Below, piece after piece: positions 28,756-41,603 of a stretch of 64,000 nt of DNA. The notes below the pieces were generated by a model. It did no database searches. It was not told the origin of the DNA and saw only the letters and a program-made list of their open reading frames with translations. The translations under genes were made by a program, and so were the position numbers. The DNA comes from Lama glama. Lineage: Eukaryota. Where the stretch lies: contig CM052816.1 in the NCBI GenBank assembly GCA_028534125.1, positions 83,764,001 to 83,828,000 of the forward strand. Direction: 5' to 3'. Position 1 is the stretch's first letter; every line of letters begins with the position of its first letter.

Positions 28756-29419
28756 AGCAGTCTTTTAACTGATATAACAATGTCAATTACTGTGGACTGT
28801 GTTGGTGTATGCATACATATATATAAATGTGTATATTTATGTATTTATAAATTATATATGTATCATGTAATTCCAACAAGTGATCTTGAGATATAATAAG
28901 TATATTTGGCTAGGATTGTGATTTTCAAAGCCTTAAATTTGTATATTTACTATCTAGTAATCATCTTTGTGACTTACATAATATTTTCATTGTATAAATA
29001 CATTTTATTAAATTTGCATAACACCAGACAATTAGTATAAATAATGAATAAACATAGGTAAACATATATTACAAAGAAAATAAATGTATAATTTAGGGGG
29101 TGTATCACTACTGACATGCAATGATACTGCAATATTTCATATTATAACTAATAATTCTAACATATGCATTATTATATCTATAAATACACATTATTAGGAA
29201 TAAACTAGGTAACCTTATCTGCTTAGTATTTTTGTTGCTAATTTGCATTTAAAATCTTTGAGGCAATTAATGGTACATGCTGTTTATACCTGTCGACAAC
29301 TATTTAAAACTAAAGTGAACTGTGAAATCTAATGATCAGGGACAGTCCATTTTCTCATCCTTACATCTAATGTATGTGTGTTTATCATATATAGATGTAT
29401 GCACTCATGGGGTGAATAT

Positions 29420-29590
29420 GATTTGCCAGGAACTCAGCCCACCTTTGTACTTTGATTCTCACAACAACTTTATAAGATATGGTACTCTATCTCTTCTCTG
29501 CAGAAGAAGAAAAGGAAGAATAATACAAAGGCAAATTGCTCTGATGATAAAGAACACTTTGTCATCAAAGTGACCACAGTCCTAATCTAT
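29420..29590 (-). mobile_element. MIR fragment
   Basis: tttgattctcacaacaactttataagatatggtact...cagaaga. Confidence 0.5.
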
Positions 29591-29679
29591 ATGTAAATGT
29601 TTTGAAATGTTAAATAATATAAATTATTTAGTCCATAATGTATTTGTTAATACTCAAGGACAAGTATAATGTAATACAT

Positions 29680-29820
29680 TCTTTTTTCTTTCTTACTGAA
29701 GTATAGTCAGTTTACAATGTTGTGTCAATTTCTGGTGTATAGTATAATGTTTCAATCATAGATATACATGTATATTCCTTTTCATATTTCTCTTCATTAT
29801 AGATTATTACAAGATATTAT
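29680..29820 (-). mobile_element. camelid-type L1 extreme 3' end
   Basis: tgaagtatagtcagtttacaatgttgtgtcaatttctggtgta is the reverse complement of the 15525-15850 family tail. Confidence 0.85.
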
Positions 29821-30093
29821 TAATTGATAGTAAACTGAAGCCCCAGTGTACCTTATTACCTACCATGTTCTTTGCTGGAGCAGCGGTTCTTGTACAATAT
29901 AACCAAGACCCATAACTGCTATCACTGGGATTAACAAAACTAATACACACAGTTAGGTTTCCAAGAGATATTATCAGAAGTTATAAAATTAATCTTAAAT
30001 ATTTATGTACTTAATAATTACTTACACTGCTTGTTAAAAGTATTGATTTTTTTTTTTGTCTCCCTCCTTGACATACTCATTCAGTAAGTTTGA

Positions 30094-30230
30094 GGTGGGG
30101 AGGGCATAGCTCAAATGGTAGAGCACACGCTTAGCATGTACAAGGTCCTGGGTTCAATCCCCAGTTCCTCCTATAAAAATAAATAAATAAGTAACCTAAT
30201 TTACTGCCCCCGTAAAAAAAAAAAAAAAAA
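30094..30230 (+). mobile_element. tRNA-Ala-derived SINE (camelid Vic-1 type)
   Basis: A box TAGCTCAAATGG 30107-30118, AGC 30133-30135, B box GGTTCAATCC 30151-30160, A17 tail, 16-bp TSD with one mismatch (30078-30093 and 30232-30247). Confidence 0.9.
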
Positions 30231-30904
30231 GCATTCAGTAGGTTTGATAGAGTTGTCCCCCAATCTGTATGTTTATTTAAGAATCCATTTGATTATTGAT
30301 TCATGTGGTTCGTGGACCACCTTGTAAGTGTATTGTTATGGATAATGTTACATCCTGTATTGTCATCTCAGAAGTGAGCCCTTGGATCCTTCTCGGTGTG
30401 TGTTCTCTTGGGCTAACAGACAGGGCCAGTGAATATATTTTTTCAAGTCATTCACTTTTTAGTGAAAGTAAAGTGACCTTTCAAGTATTTATAGCATATA
30501 GTGAATTAATGTAGTTAACAAGATACCATACTTCAACTGTTTTTCCTTCCCACTTCATATTTTATCATCCCCAACACCTGTTATCTCCATGTATATAACT
30601 CAATGATAGTAAACTGATTTCAGTCTCAGGAAATTTATTTAACTTCCAATATCTTTCATTTCTTACAGCTGATCAATTGTCAGATTAAGATTTACTAGCC
30701 ATTCTAATCAAGACAACTTCTCTTGAAGACTCGACCCAGCACTCTCCTAATGTGTCCCACAGTGTTTTGGGAGCACTTGCTTCATTACACTACAGTTGTG
30801 ATCTTACTCTCATCACCTTCTCAAGCTGCAAAAATCCATGCATTTCTACACCCACAGCAATTCACACAGTGAAGTAGGACTGGTTAAAACACGATGGTTT
30901 TTAT

Positions 30905-31200
30905 GTTTTATTTAATTTGTAGAATATTTTTTAAGTATAATTGACATCCAATATTATATTAGTTTCAAGCATACAACATAGTGATTCAATATTTTACAGA
31001 TTACACTCCATTTAGAATTATTACAAAATAATGGCTACATCCTTATTGCTTATTTTTTATACATAGTAGTCTGCGTCTCTTAGTCTGATATTCCTATCCA
31101 ACCTTCCCCACTTCCCCCTCCTCATTGTTAGCCTCTAGTTTGTTCTATACATCTGAAAGTCTGTTTCTGTTTTGTTACAGACATTTTCTGTTGATTTTTA
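30905..31200 (-). mobile_element. L1 3' end
   Basis: aagtataattgacat...atattatattagtttcaag...tacaacatagtgattcaatatt. Confidence 0.8.
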
Positions 31201-33250
31201 AATAAAAAAGTTTTATGCTGGTAGTTTCTTTTAGTTTAGGATTTACCATATTTTTCTGAGATTATTTTTTTAAAGTTTAAATTTACTTTCCTTACCTTGG
31301 GGATGTCAAATCGGAAGCCATTTAAAACTTCAAAATCTTGTTACATATTATTTAAATAATTTATTTTTCCACTGGATAGAGAAAGGTTATACTGAATGAA
31401 ATTTGTATGTATAATTTTTATACACAGTAAGTACTTTATATTAAAACAAGTGAAAAAATCACAGATTCTGATGCTTTAGACTCCAAGTATAAATAGTATA
31501 AAAAAATCAATAAGCTTTTAGGCATCACTGAGTGAGATGTACACTTTTTTTGAAGTAGTCTATGGATATTTTAAATATTAAATAAGACATTCATACTTAA
31601 TATTATATTAAAAAGTCTGATGTAAAATATCTGAGGAACACTCACAAGTTATAAAGAATTCTGTCAGTTTTGCAGATAGTCATAATTTATTAACATTTTT
31701 ACTTGTTCAGTTTTTCATTTTTCCCTGAACTTTTAAAGAAAAATGGCAATAACCCTGAAAATTTCAGTGCTAAGAAGAGTGTAATAATCTACAATATGCT
31801 TAATTCATCCTCACTAATAAATTATTTGACATTAAGTGAAAAACATATTTGCAGAAATTTATGCCTAACTCATCATCATCAATGTCTAATCACTTAGCTG
31901 TTATAAATGAGAGCAAGCGATTTTTCTTGGCTTATACATGAGAAACAGTAATAAGCAATGGAATTCGAGCACTAGAAAAGTTAAGAGAGACAAAATTATA
32001 CATCTCCATCACACCTGGACTATGTAAGTCTTTAGGCCAATAGCCTCCTCTTAATTTTTGTGGTGTATATATGAAGAAAACTCTTTTACTGGAATCTTCA
32101 ATGATCTCTCAAAGGAAAACACAATCTATTTGTGTTTGTGGATGCTTCCCTTATAAGGTGTGCAATGTTTAATATTTTGAACACCACAGAAATTACTCTT
32201 ATATTATGTCAGCACTTATTATTAACTAACATAATTCACTGATTCATGACTCCATTAGAAATTAATGTGGATCTAGTACGTTCCAAACAAACTACATGAT
32301 GAAGTGGAACAAATAATTTTCACAACCAGTTCAAGATGGAAAACTTGGTTTCCTTAGGACGGATGACTAATTATCTTTCCACAGATGACGTGTTACATTG
32401 GATGAATGTTTGTTTTAGTTCTCATTTTCCTGTGTGAAGGTGATAATATAGTATAACAATGAATAATTTAGATCAGCATCTTGAAAATGTTAAAAAAAAA
32501 TTGTCCCATTTAGTATGGAATGAATTTTTTTGATCTGAAATTCCCTCAAACTGAACTCTTCTTTGTTCTAAAATGGAGAAAACATTGATTGTGATCTAAG
32601 TGCTGTCACTTAGTGTGAGGGAGGTAGCAGTGAACACCGGCCAGCTACTTTCTCCACTGAGTGCAGACCATAGCATCAGGTATCATAATGTAAACCATTG
32701 TCACGATGTCTATCTATTAAGAGTATCTATGACTATTTGGTGTAAAGCCTGAGAATTTGTGTTGAGGGTGGTGCTATAGTTTATAAATTTAATAATTTAT
32801 CTGTGCTAAAGAAAATGTGTGAAAAATGGTAATGCTACCACTTTGTTGAGGATTCAATGAGTTGAGTGGTTTGAAATTTGTCTCATTCCATGTAATTCAA
32901 CGTTTCTAGTTACATCAAATTGTTTAAGAAAATTCAAATCCTGTATAATAGTAAAAGGCTAAAAGTCAAAAACATCCCCATTAAATTTGTTTAATTTCTA
33001 GAAAAATATGAGACTTTGTCTCAAAAAAATTCTCTTTATGTATTTTGTATCTTAAATTGGGTGGGAGGTATTTTTACTGGAGAAATGGTTTAAAGGAATC
33101 TTCATTTTTATAGTTACCATGGAATGTGTCTGATGTTCTGGGGTAGGAATGTATGATTACACAGGGATAAATCGGAGATGCTATGGAGGCACACCTACTC
33201 CATGCAAGAGTTCAGATATCTGCAATGAAACTAAAACATAATAAATATAC

Positions 33251-33695
33251 TGTGTTGGTCAGGATTCTTCAGTTAAACAGAACCAACAGGATGTGGGTGT
33301 ATAGAGAAAGAGATTTATTATAAGGTATTGGCTCATGTGATTATGGAGGCTGGCAAGCCCTAATCTACAGTATGACCCAGTAGTCTTCAGACCCAGGAGA
33401 GCTGATGGTGCAGTTCTTGTCAAAGACCAGCAGTCTGGAGACCCAGGGAATCCAATGGTGCAGCTCTAGTTGGAAGGATGGCTGGCACAGATCCAGGAAA
33501 GAGACGGTGTAGACGAAGTCCAAAGGCAGTCTGCAGGAAAAGGCCCTCTTGCTAGGGAAGGCTGGTCTTTTTGTTATATTCAGGCCTTCAACTGGTTGGA
33601 TGGGGCTCATCCACATTATGGAGGCTAATTTTCCTTTTCAATGTTCTCCAATTAAATATTAATGTCTTAGCTGATACAGAAAATCAATCATCATA
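33251..33695 (-). mobile_element. MLT2 (ERVL) solo LTR
   Basis: aaacagaaccaacagga...gagatttattataagg..ttggctcatgtgattatggaggctggcaag; flanks tatac/tatat. Confidence 0.9.
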
Positions 33696-33956
33696 TATAT
33701 TTACTAATAGTTTTCAAATAGAGTTTACATAGATATACAATTATTTTATAAGCATTCTTAAATTCTTTCTGATTGTTTTGGTTATTGTTTTTACATACAA
33801 TTTTTTAAGTTCCCTAAGGTTCACTCTAAAGGGATGACATGAATTGCAGGTGGAAAGTGTTGCAGTCATCAAGCATGGTTGGGGTTGCAGAAAGGGGATA
33901 GACAAGCAGCAGTGCCTGTATAATTATATATTTTAGTATTTTAAAATATCCATCAG

Positions 33957-34006
33957 GGTGTGAGTGTCGGTGTGTGTGTGTGTATGTGTGTGTGAGTGTG
34001 TGTGTA
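33957..34006. repeat. imperfect (TG)n
   Basis: Visible directly in the sequence. Confidence 0.9.
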
Positions 34007-34857
34007 GATATGGAGTGTGAGATATAACTTTCAAGGATTCAAATAATATTGTGCGGAACATATGAACTAAAAAAAGTCACCTTAAATTTAAGGAAAAACC
34101 ATGATCATAATTCCAATGACAAAAACTAAAGATATTTTTGAAGGAAATAATGTAAATTATGGCAAAGTTAGGAAAGCACTATTTCTGTGAATGTTTAGAG
34201 AGGCTGAGAAAAGGAAGTCAGAGAAGCTAGAAATAAAATATTTCACATGAACTTAGGTCAAGGCAGAAATTTTTAAGTAATTTCTCCAATTCTTGATAGG
34301 CTTTCAAGGTCACTAGTTAGATATTGAGTAATCTCTGATCTCTAAACTAAGTGTATAATAATGGAAACATTATCAAATACATGGTTTTAAATTAATTAAA
34401 ATTGTCACTCTATGTGGCATATACACATTGTCTTAAAAATAAACACACTCTAAGTAATTGACACATTATGTGTGCCCCGTGTCCTTTCTTTATAGATTTT
34501 CTTATTGTTCCTTCTAAGCGGCATACAGAAGCACCGAAGGGTAGAACGTCTCAGATCATAACACAGAAAAGAGGTCTATAAACTGGGAAACCCTTCTGGT
34601 GTTATGTGCAACTTGGAAAAATAAAAGAAGGAGAAAGTATACTACTCAGCTAGAGGACAAAGATCAAAGAAAAGAGCACTTCAAAATTGCCTTTACCCAA
34701 AGGAATTAAGAATGACACGAAGAAAGGACTTTACATAGAAGTAGTCTAATTTTAAAGTACACTGTGGTGTTCATTTTTGACAAGTTTTATGCAGCATTTT
34801 CCACTTCTTTAAAAAAAAAACCAACGTTATATCGAAGTGTGTGTATTTCAGTGCATT

Positions 34858-35313
34858 TGTGATGGGTTAAATATTGTTCTTAATTCTCCACTCTTCAGGA
34901 AAAAGGGACATATAGCTATACTATGTAACATACATAGATAGCTCTGCCTCCTGGTAGAGATTGCAAAACCTGCATCCCTGACAAATTGACATTAGGTTTG
35001 GCCATTAGAGATGACTGGACCAATCAACTTTCAGTGGACGCATTGGAGCAAAGTCCTTAAATACGATTGCTAGGCTTTGCCCCACCTCTCATGCCGCTAC
35101 CATGTACTATGAGAAGAGCACACCTTGGGTCACTGCTGGTCCAAGGAGAACGGGAAGACCTCAAAGCACAGAAAGCTGAACAACAGCCTGAAATTGAGCT
35201 GCTCCACTGCACCAACAGAAACATGAATCAAGTGAATGTTTACTGTTGTAAATCACTGAGATTCTGGGTGTTATTTGTCACATATCACTGTTGATGCAAT
35301 AGTTGACTAAGGC
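34858..35313 (+). mobile_element. old MLT1 LTR
   Basis: 3' motif aatgtttactgttgtaaatcactgagattctggg...gcaatagttgactaa. Confidence 0.75.
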
Positions 35314-35367
35314 AGTTCCATGGGTATACTACAAGGGAAAATATTGGCATTGCTCTATGAAAGACAC

Positions 35368-35670
35368 CTTTTTAATTTTTTTCAATTGAGATATAATTGA
35401 TATAGAATATTATATTAGGTTCAGGTGTAAAACATGATGATTTAATATTTGTGTGTATCGAGAAATAATCACACTCTAAGTCTAGTAACACCCATCACCA
35501 CACATAGTTAACAATTTTTTTCTTGTGATGAGAACTTTTGAGATCTACTTCCTTAACAACGTCCAAATATACAATATAGTTTTATTAACTACAGGCACCA
35601 GGCTGTACATTACATCGTATGACATTTCTTTTATAACTAGAAGTTTGTACCTTTTGAACCCTTCACCCAA
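35368..35670 (-). mobile_element. L1MA-type 3' end
   Basis: aattgagatataattga...ttcttgtgatgagaacttttgagatctact...ttataactagaagtttgtacctttt. Confidence 0.85.
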
Positions 35671-35865
35671 CAGCTTTGTTGTTTTATTCATTCATTTTAT
35701 TCATATGTCTTTGTTTCTTTTTATCTCTGTCCTTCTCTTTTTACTATGACAATGACCATCAGTATAAGGCGTTTGATATATATCCATTTACTTTATGTTT
35801 TAGTAAAAATGAGTATTGATTTGTATGTCTTTTTTAAAATTTTCATATATATTTTGTATTTTAGG

Positions 35866-38100
35866 TTTTTTTTTTTCCAGAATGTTACAGACCTGGCTGA
35901 CTTTAATTTAGAAGCAGCTTTTGGCTGTGATCATTCATGTTTAAGTCACACTCCAAATTAAAGAAGCCCTGCCTTCCTTCATAGGAGAAGGAACAGATTA
36001 TTTTCTGATCATTTTTTCCCCTTTTTCTACAAAGGAGTGAGTTTGGCAATAACAAATTTCATGACATTCTTGCCAGATTCAAAAGTCACCCTTAAAGCTT
36101 TTCCCTTTCACTCCTCCATGAGGATATGGTAGTCCCTGATCCACCCTCTCTCATCTAAAGTGTGTATGCAGCAAAGAGGCTTGTGTACATCTGTCTGATA
36201 ATGACTATAAACAAATGCCTTCAAATAAAAATATAAAATCACATGACTGAAATAAAGCCAAGAGCACACAAGCAAAATAAAACATCAACTTTAGCAGCAA
36301 AGGCTGTGGGATGGGGAAGAAAAGACCTCCCGAGGGACCTGGTGACTGACCCGCGTCCATCAGCACAAGCACGATGCAAATATCAGGAGAGGCAGGCAGA
36401 GCACAGAGCCGAGGCTCTCTGGATGGTTCACACTGGGACATGTTGGGAGCAATTATGTGGATTTGCCAGGAGAAGACAGGCATTCTTTTGGCCTTTTCCT
36501 GGCATTGCTATTGCTGGCAGATGGACAACAGGGAGCCACCAGGGTCACCTCTCAGTTTTTGCCATCACAGATCTTCACCAGAATCATCTGGTGATCCTTC
36601 AAAGTATCTCCGAAGATGTCGTGGTACAGCGACTTACCACACAGCCACTCACACTCCAATCTGTGATCCAGGAGGTCCACCTTCCTGTGAGACTCCAGGA
36701 TGAGAATCAGGATCTTGGGCCTTTGTTTCTGCTTCCCTGTGGCCTTGTAGAGACTTTTAGCAAAGGAGGCTGGAGTGTCCCTCACACATCCCACCATGCC
36801 AGCATTCCCTGCTTCAGGTCTTGAGATATCTCCTGGCAGATGCCGTTAGTGTCTCGCTAACCTGTCTGACATTCACTGATACTCATTGAAAACGGCCACC
36901 TTGGGTCTGGCTCCTCCAGCACAGAGCTGCTTTGAACTTGGAATCATCTATTCCCAGGCAGTTCTCACCAGTTGCATACAGTTTCTGGACATCTCTTTGG
37001 ACTAGTCACATGGCCACATTTGTGCTACCATCCCAGTTTCCCTGAGAGAGAGAGAGAGATGAGGAGCTGCCGAAAGTGTCCTGACATGTCACATTGAATG
37101 GTCCCCTGCAGGGTCTATTTGAATATTGTTTTGTAGGCTTTGCTCAGTTCCCAGATGTGCTCATTGCTGAAGGAGGTGAGGACTTCCTGAGTCAGGCTTC
37201 ATCCATGCCAGCCCTCTTGGGGGCTTCCTTTATCTCACACACATTAAGGAGGCCAGGATCTTCATCAGAGACAAAGTTGTCTTCTCAAAGGTTCCTGGCA
37301 GTTCAGATTTCAGATCTTTGTTCAAATCCTCCCCGTATGCTGTCAGGACAGGAGAATCTGCTGCCACTGCTTGCTGGAGCCACTCCCCAGGCAGCTGTTG
37401 ACTGCCTGCCCACAAGTCCTTAACATTTCATAGCCTTTTGCGGGGCCTCAGCATCTGCAGGGGTCAAAGCCAGGAGCACACATGACGGTGACTTGATTTC
37501 CAAATTGGGCTGGGGGTTGACAGGTCTGGACTGTGGGTGTCCGGGGTAGCCTGGCCCCGGCTGCGGCTGCTGCTCTGGAGGTGGCATTGACAGCTGCCCA
37601 GGGTTGGCTCCTGGGGGCTTCTGACCAGAAAGCAGCATGGGCTGGCCTGAAGCTGGGGTCCCTGGAAATGGGCTTCCCTCGGTAAATGTGTACATTCCAC
37701 ATGGAGAAACTGGCCGTTGGGTGGAAGGAGACTGCCCAAAACCGCGGGGGAGACCAGAAGGCCCAAAGCTACAGGTTTAGCATGTTAGCTTCTCTGAACA
37801 TCCCAGACCTGTTAGCTACCATTCCTAAGAGGTAGTCCTGGTTGAACTGCCCTGCATAGTTGGCCTTGTTTTCCAGCCAGATGACCCCACCTGGTGCAGG
37901 GCCACCTGGTGCAGTGGACTGTTAGCCACTCGCCAGCTGGGGATAGCCTGTGTAGTCAGTCCATGGCTACATCTGGCCACAGGAGCAGTGGGCCATGAAG
38001 GACAAAAGACGACATGGCTGGGAGCAGCTACCTCTGTGGGTGTCCTGGGCAGGGCACCTTGGGTCTAGGGCCACTTGAGACACTTAAATGAGGGCAGGGC
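35866..38100 (-). pseudogene. ANXA11: processed pseudogene of annexin A11
   Basis: Intronless. Translates to [39 protein letters not shown] and GKSLYHDIFGDT...ILVKICDGKN*. ATG at 37964, stop at 36552-36554, about 680-nt 3'UTR, ATTAAA at 35902-35907, A11 tail at 35866-35876; several frameshifts and stops. Confidence 0.95.
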
Positions 38101-39399
38101 ATTTTATATCCTCCTCCTTGACCTCACTGAGGTGCAGAATATTTACTTGCAAATGATCACCTAAATTTTACCAGATCCTTTGCTTTCCAAATGTATAGTG
38201 AGTAAAAATCTTCCTCACTAAGGGAAGAGTGTGTACCTGGGTGCTTAATCCCATTAAAAAAATTCTTTGACTGATGTATTTATATTAGATTGTGAAGATT
38301 CAAGAAACTCACTCTTAGCAAAGTTTACATTTGACTTTTCTGGAAAGTAAGATGTGAAATAAAATGAGGGGTGGAGCACTGAGAATAGATTGTGTTGGTA
38401 GTGTATTATAGTTAATAATAGCATTATGCTAGGATTTCCATATATCTAATTTTATGAAACATTATAATGAAAGAAATAATGGGCAATGAATAAGGTCCTA
38501 TTTGTTACATACATTAATAAGTAACTGCTCTTATATCAGTAGGGTAGAATTAATGGCCTCATTTCAAGATAAAGAATAGCTTTGAATAAAATTAATCCAT
38601 TCACAGGTTGAAATGTTACACTGTAGCCTTTACTGCACATGCATGAAGTTAACATTAAAAAAACAACAACAGTCCTTATATTTATAAAGTACACCAATTT
38701 ATTTTGTTTTCCTTTGTAGCTTCAGACGTTACCTGATATAAATCATGGTTTAGAGTTAAGAAAAACAAGAAAGAAAAAGCTGTTATTTTTTTACCTGGAG
38801 ATGAATAAACCTATAACAAGCACAATTCATGTTTTGACAGAACTTTTATTAATACATCACGGACAATTTATCTCAATTTGTTTTAGATTAATTACATGTT
38901 AGTATTGATAGCTTTTAGTCTGTCAAACTTGAAGAACAAAAGCTTAAAAAATTCAACAGTATTTTATAAGAAGTTAATAGAAAAGATGTAATGCTTATGA
39001 CAGAGACTTATTAAAATTTTCTCCTTTATTTCTAAATGCTTTAGAGTATTTATATGAAGGGAAGTTATCAAAAGTTATAAAAAAAATTTTGTCTGAACTT
39101 CAGAAGTTATGGATCACATAATCTTATTTTCTGTGATCAAGACTGGAATAGTGAAAGCAAATTAAAGCACACCTTCCTAAGAATTCTCTCAGAAGGATAA
39201 TAGCATTTTTTGAGGACATCACAATTAAGCAACATATTTTATTTTTCTTGCTAATGTGATTTGCTTTTAAAATGTAGTTAAGGAAATTCTTCAGAATATA
39301 TTCCATATTCTTACTCTTGTATGAAAATTATGCCTTTAAACTTTGTATAACACATCATTTTTATTTTGAATATTAACATGATTGAAATTGATATTATCT

Positions 39400-39650
39400 C
39401 TAGGAATATAATGCATAGCATAGTGATTATAGTTAATAATACTGTATCATACACAAGAAAGTTGCTAAGAAAGATATTAAATGTTCTCACCACAGGGATA
39501 AAATGGTAATTAAGTAAGATGATGCAGGTGTTAGCTAACACTATGGTGGTGATTATTTTGCAATACATAAATGCATCAAATCATCACATTGTACACCTAA
39601 AACTTGCACAAAGCACCATATTAATATGTCTCAATAAAGCTGTAAAAAAA
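39400..39650 (+). mobile_element. L1MA-type 3' end
   Basis: tagcatagtgattatagttaataatactgta...aaagttgctaaga...ttgtacacctaaaacttgcaca...tctcaataaagctg. Confidence 0.85.
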
Positions 39651-39897
39651 TTAACAATTGGCATTTTCATAAAAATAACTGGGAAAGTCCTAGGAAAAGG
39701 CAAGTGATGGATTTTACTATTTAAAAAAAAAACCCACATAGGACTGCTTCCAGTTTCTGCACATATGCAGAAATGGCACAGCACAAAGGCACCAGAAGTA
39801 TGCAGTAGCATAAACTGAATATGCTCAGACATTTAGAGCCAACTCTACCACAGCCTGTTCATCTGAAGCCCCACTTCCATGTGGTGGCATTTTTAGT

Positions 39898-40330
39898 TAG
39901 TAGAATATTGTCCTCCCCACCCCTACCAAAGATGTCTACGTTCCTATACTCTGAAACCTATGAATACATTCCCTTACATTGCCAAAGAGATACAACGGAT
40001 TGATTAAATTAAGACTTTGCCATGAGGGAGATTATGCTGGGGCAGTATAATTCCAAGTTTGCTTACAAGAACAAGTCAGGAGAGTAAGAGTCAGAGAAAG
40101 GGAAGAAGCAGAAGTCTGGGTGATGTGGGACCACGAGTGCAGGAATGTAGACGGCCCCTAGAAGACCTGCAAGGCAAGGGAACGGATTCTTCCCTAGAGC
40201 ATCCAAAAGGAACATACCCTGCCAATACCTTAATTTTAAAAGTTTTAAACTCCAGGACTGTAAAAGTATAATTTTGTGTTATTTAAGCCACTAATTTTGT
40301 GATAGCTTATTAAAGCAGTGATGCGAAACA
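39898..40330 (+). mobile_element. MLT1D-type LTR
   Basis: aaagatgtctacgttcct...gcaaggcaagggaacggattcttccctagagcatcca...ttaagccactaa. Confidence 0.85.
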
Positions 40331-40519
40331 GTGTTTAAGAACAAGAAGGTAGAATAAAAATTAGAGCCATATATAAAGAACTGGAAAGAATTATTCTTTC
40401 TTCTAAAAGAATTTTCATTCAAGAAGTATTATTAGCTAGATTGGGAATCAGAATTTTCCTCATTTATTTTCTGTGTCAACTATGTCTAATTTTGATCCCA
40501 GTAAGAGTCTTTGGAAATC

Positions 40520-40895
40520 ATTCACAGTGTGTTTTTCAAGTTTTTTTTCTAACAGATGGGGTCTGCTTCCCCATTCAATGAATGCTGCTGTGGCTAATAG
40601 AAATGTGGTGGAACTCTGTTTTGCCATAAAAATCTTCTCAGGTCAGCCTAATAGAGGCATGGAGCAGAGAGAGAAATTGCAGCTGAGACCAACCTAAACC
40701 TGGTGTCCACCGGCCAACCCACCCAAAGAGTGTACGTGCATAAGGACTCTCAGGGGAGACCACCCCAAACCAGAAGAATGGATCCAACTGACCACAGATT
40801 AAATAGCCGATTCAGAGAATCCTGAGTAAAATCATTGTTGTTTTAACCTACAAATAACCACTATAGTTTGTTACATAGCAGTTCCTCTTTTCAGC
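40520..40895 (+). mobile_element. old MLT1 (F/G-like) LTR
   Basis: ccgattcagagaatcctgagtaaaatcattgttgttttaa...tttgttacatagca 3' motif. Confidence 0.6.
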
Positions 40896-41194
40896 AGATA
40901 CACATTTTATTATGAAAACTATGAAGTGTAAACACTCAAGATTCCAAGAGGGACTGAGAAAAGACTGCAGCTTCCAAGGATGACATACTCCCAACGCCAA
41001 CCCCAAACATGGCCCCCAGGTGCTAGGAAAACAGAGTTTTTGTGAGAAATCAACTTTATATGTTAAGCCTATGAAATGTCAGGAAGGTTTATTACAGTAC
41101 AGCCTATCCTGTTTCTACTTTAAAAGGTGTAGACAAAGTTACAGATTTAATTTATCATAAATATACCATGATAAGGAGGATCAACATTTAGTGG

Positions 41195-41380
41195 AAACAT
41201 TATTTGTTATGCACTAAGATCTTCATTCACACGTTAAATGCTTTTAGTACCCTCAAAATCCACGTGGGTTATGTGTCATGATTATTTTTTACTTTAAAGA
41301 TACAAACACTAAAGTATAGGAGAGTAAGTAAATTGCCTAAGGTTACATCACTTATAATTGCTAGGGCCAATGATTGATAG
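41195..41380 (-). mobile_element. MIR SINE
   Basis: actttaaagatacaaacactaaag...agtaaattgcctaaggttaca. Confidence 0.65.
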
Positions 41381-41603
41381 GTTAAAAAATTCTGATCACT
41401 TTACTGTAACATTTGTCTCAAAACAAAAGAAAATGAACAGACAAAACTGAGGTGACTTCCAGTCAGCTCCATAGACAATAACCACACTTAAAATTCTCTA
41501 TCAGATATCATTTACAAGCTTAATTTACATTTTTCTAACACATTTTTTCCACCTTCATGGCAATTACTTGGAATCTGTTGGGCTTCAATGAGAAGACTAT
41601 ACA

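Noticed and set aside
30097..30171. Functional tRNA-Ala(AGC) gene
   Set aside because: Stem mismatches, an A-tail, a TSD and no oligo-T terminator indicate a SINE
27232..33695. MLT2 pair as one provirus
   Set aside because: Opposite orientations and no ERVL internal sequence between them
36243..36824. 193-aa plus-strand ORF, the longest in the window
   Set aside because: It is an antisense shadow of the GC-richer ANXA11 retrocopy, with no recognisable protein features
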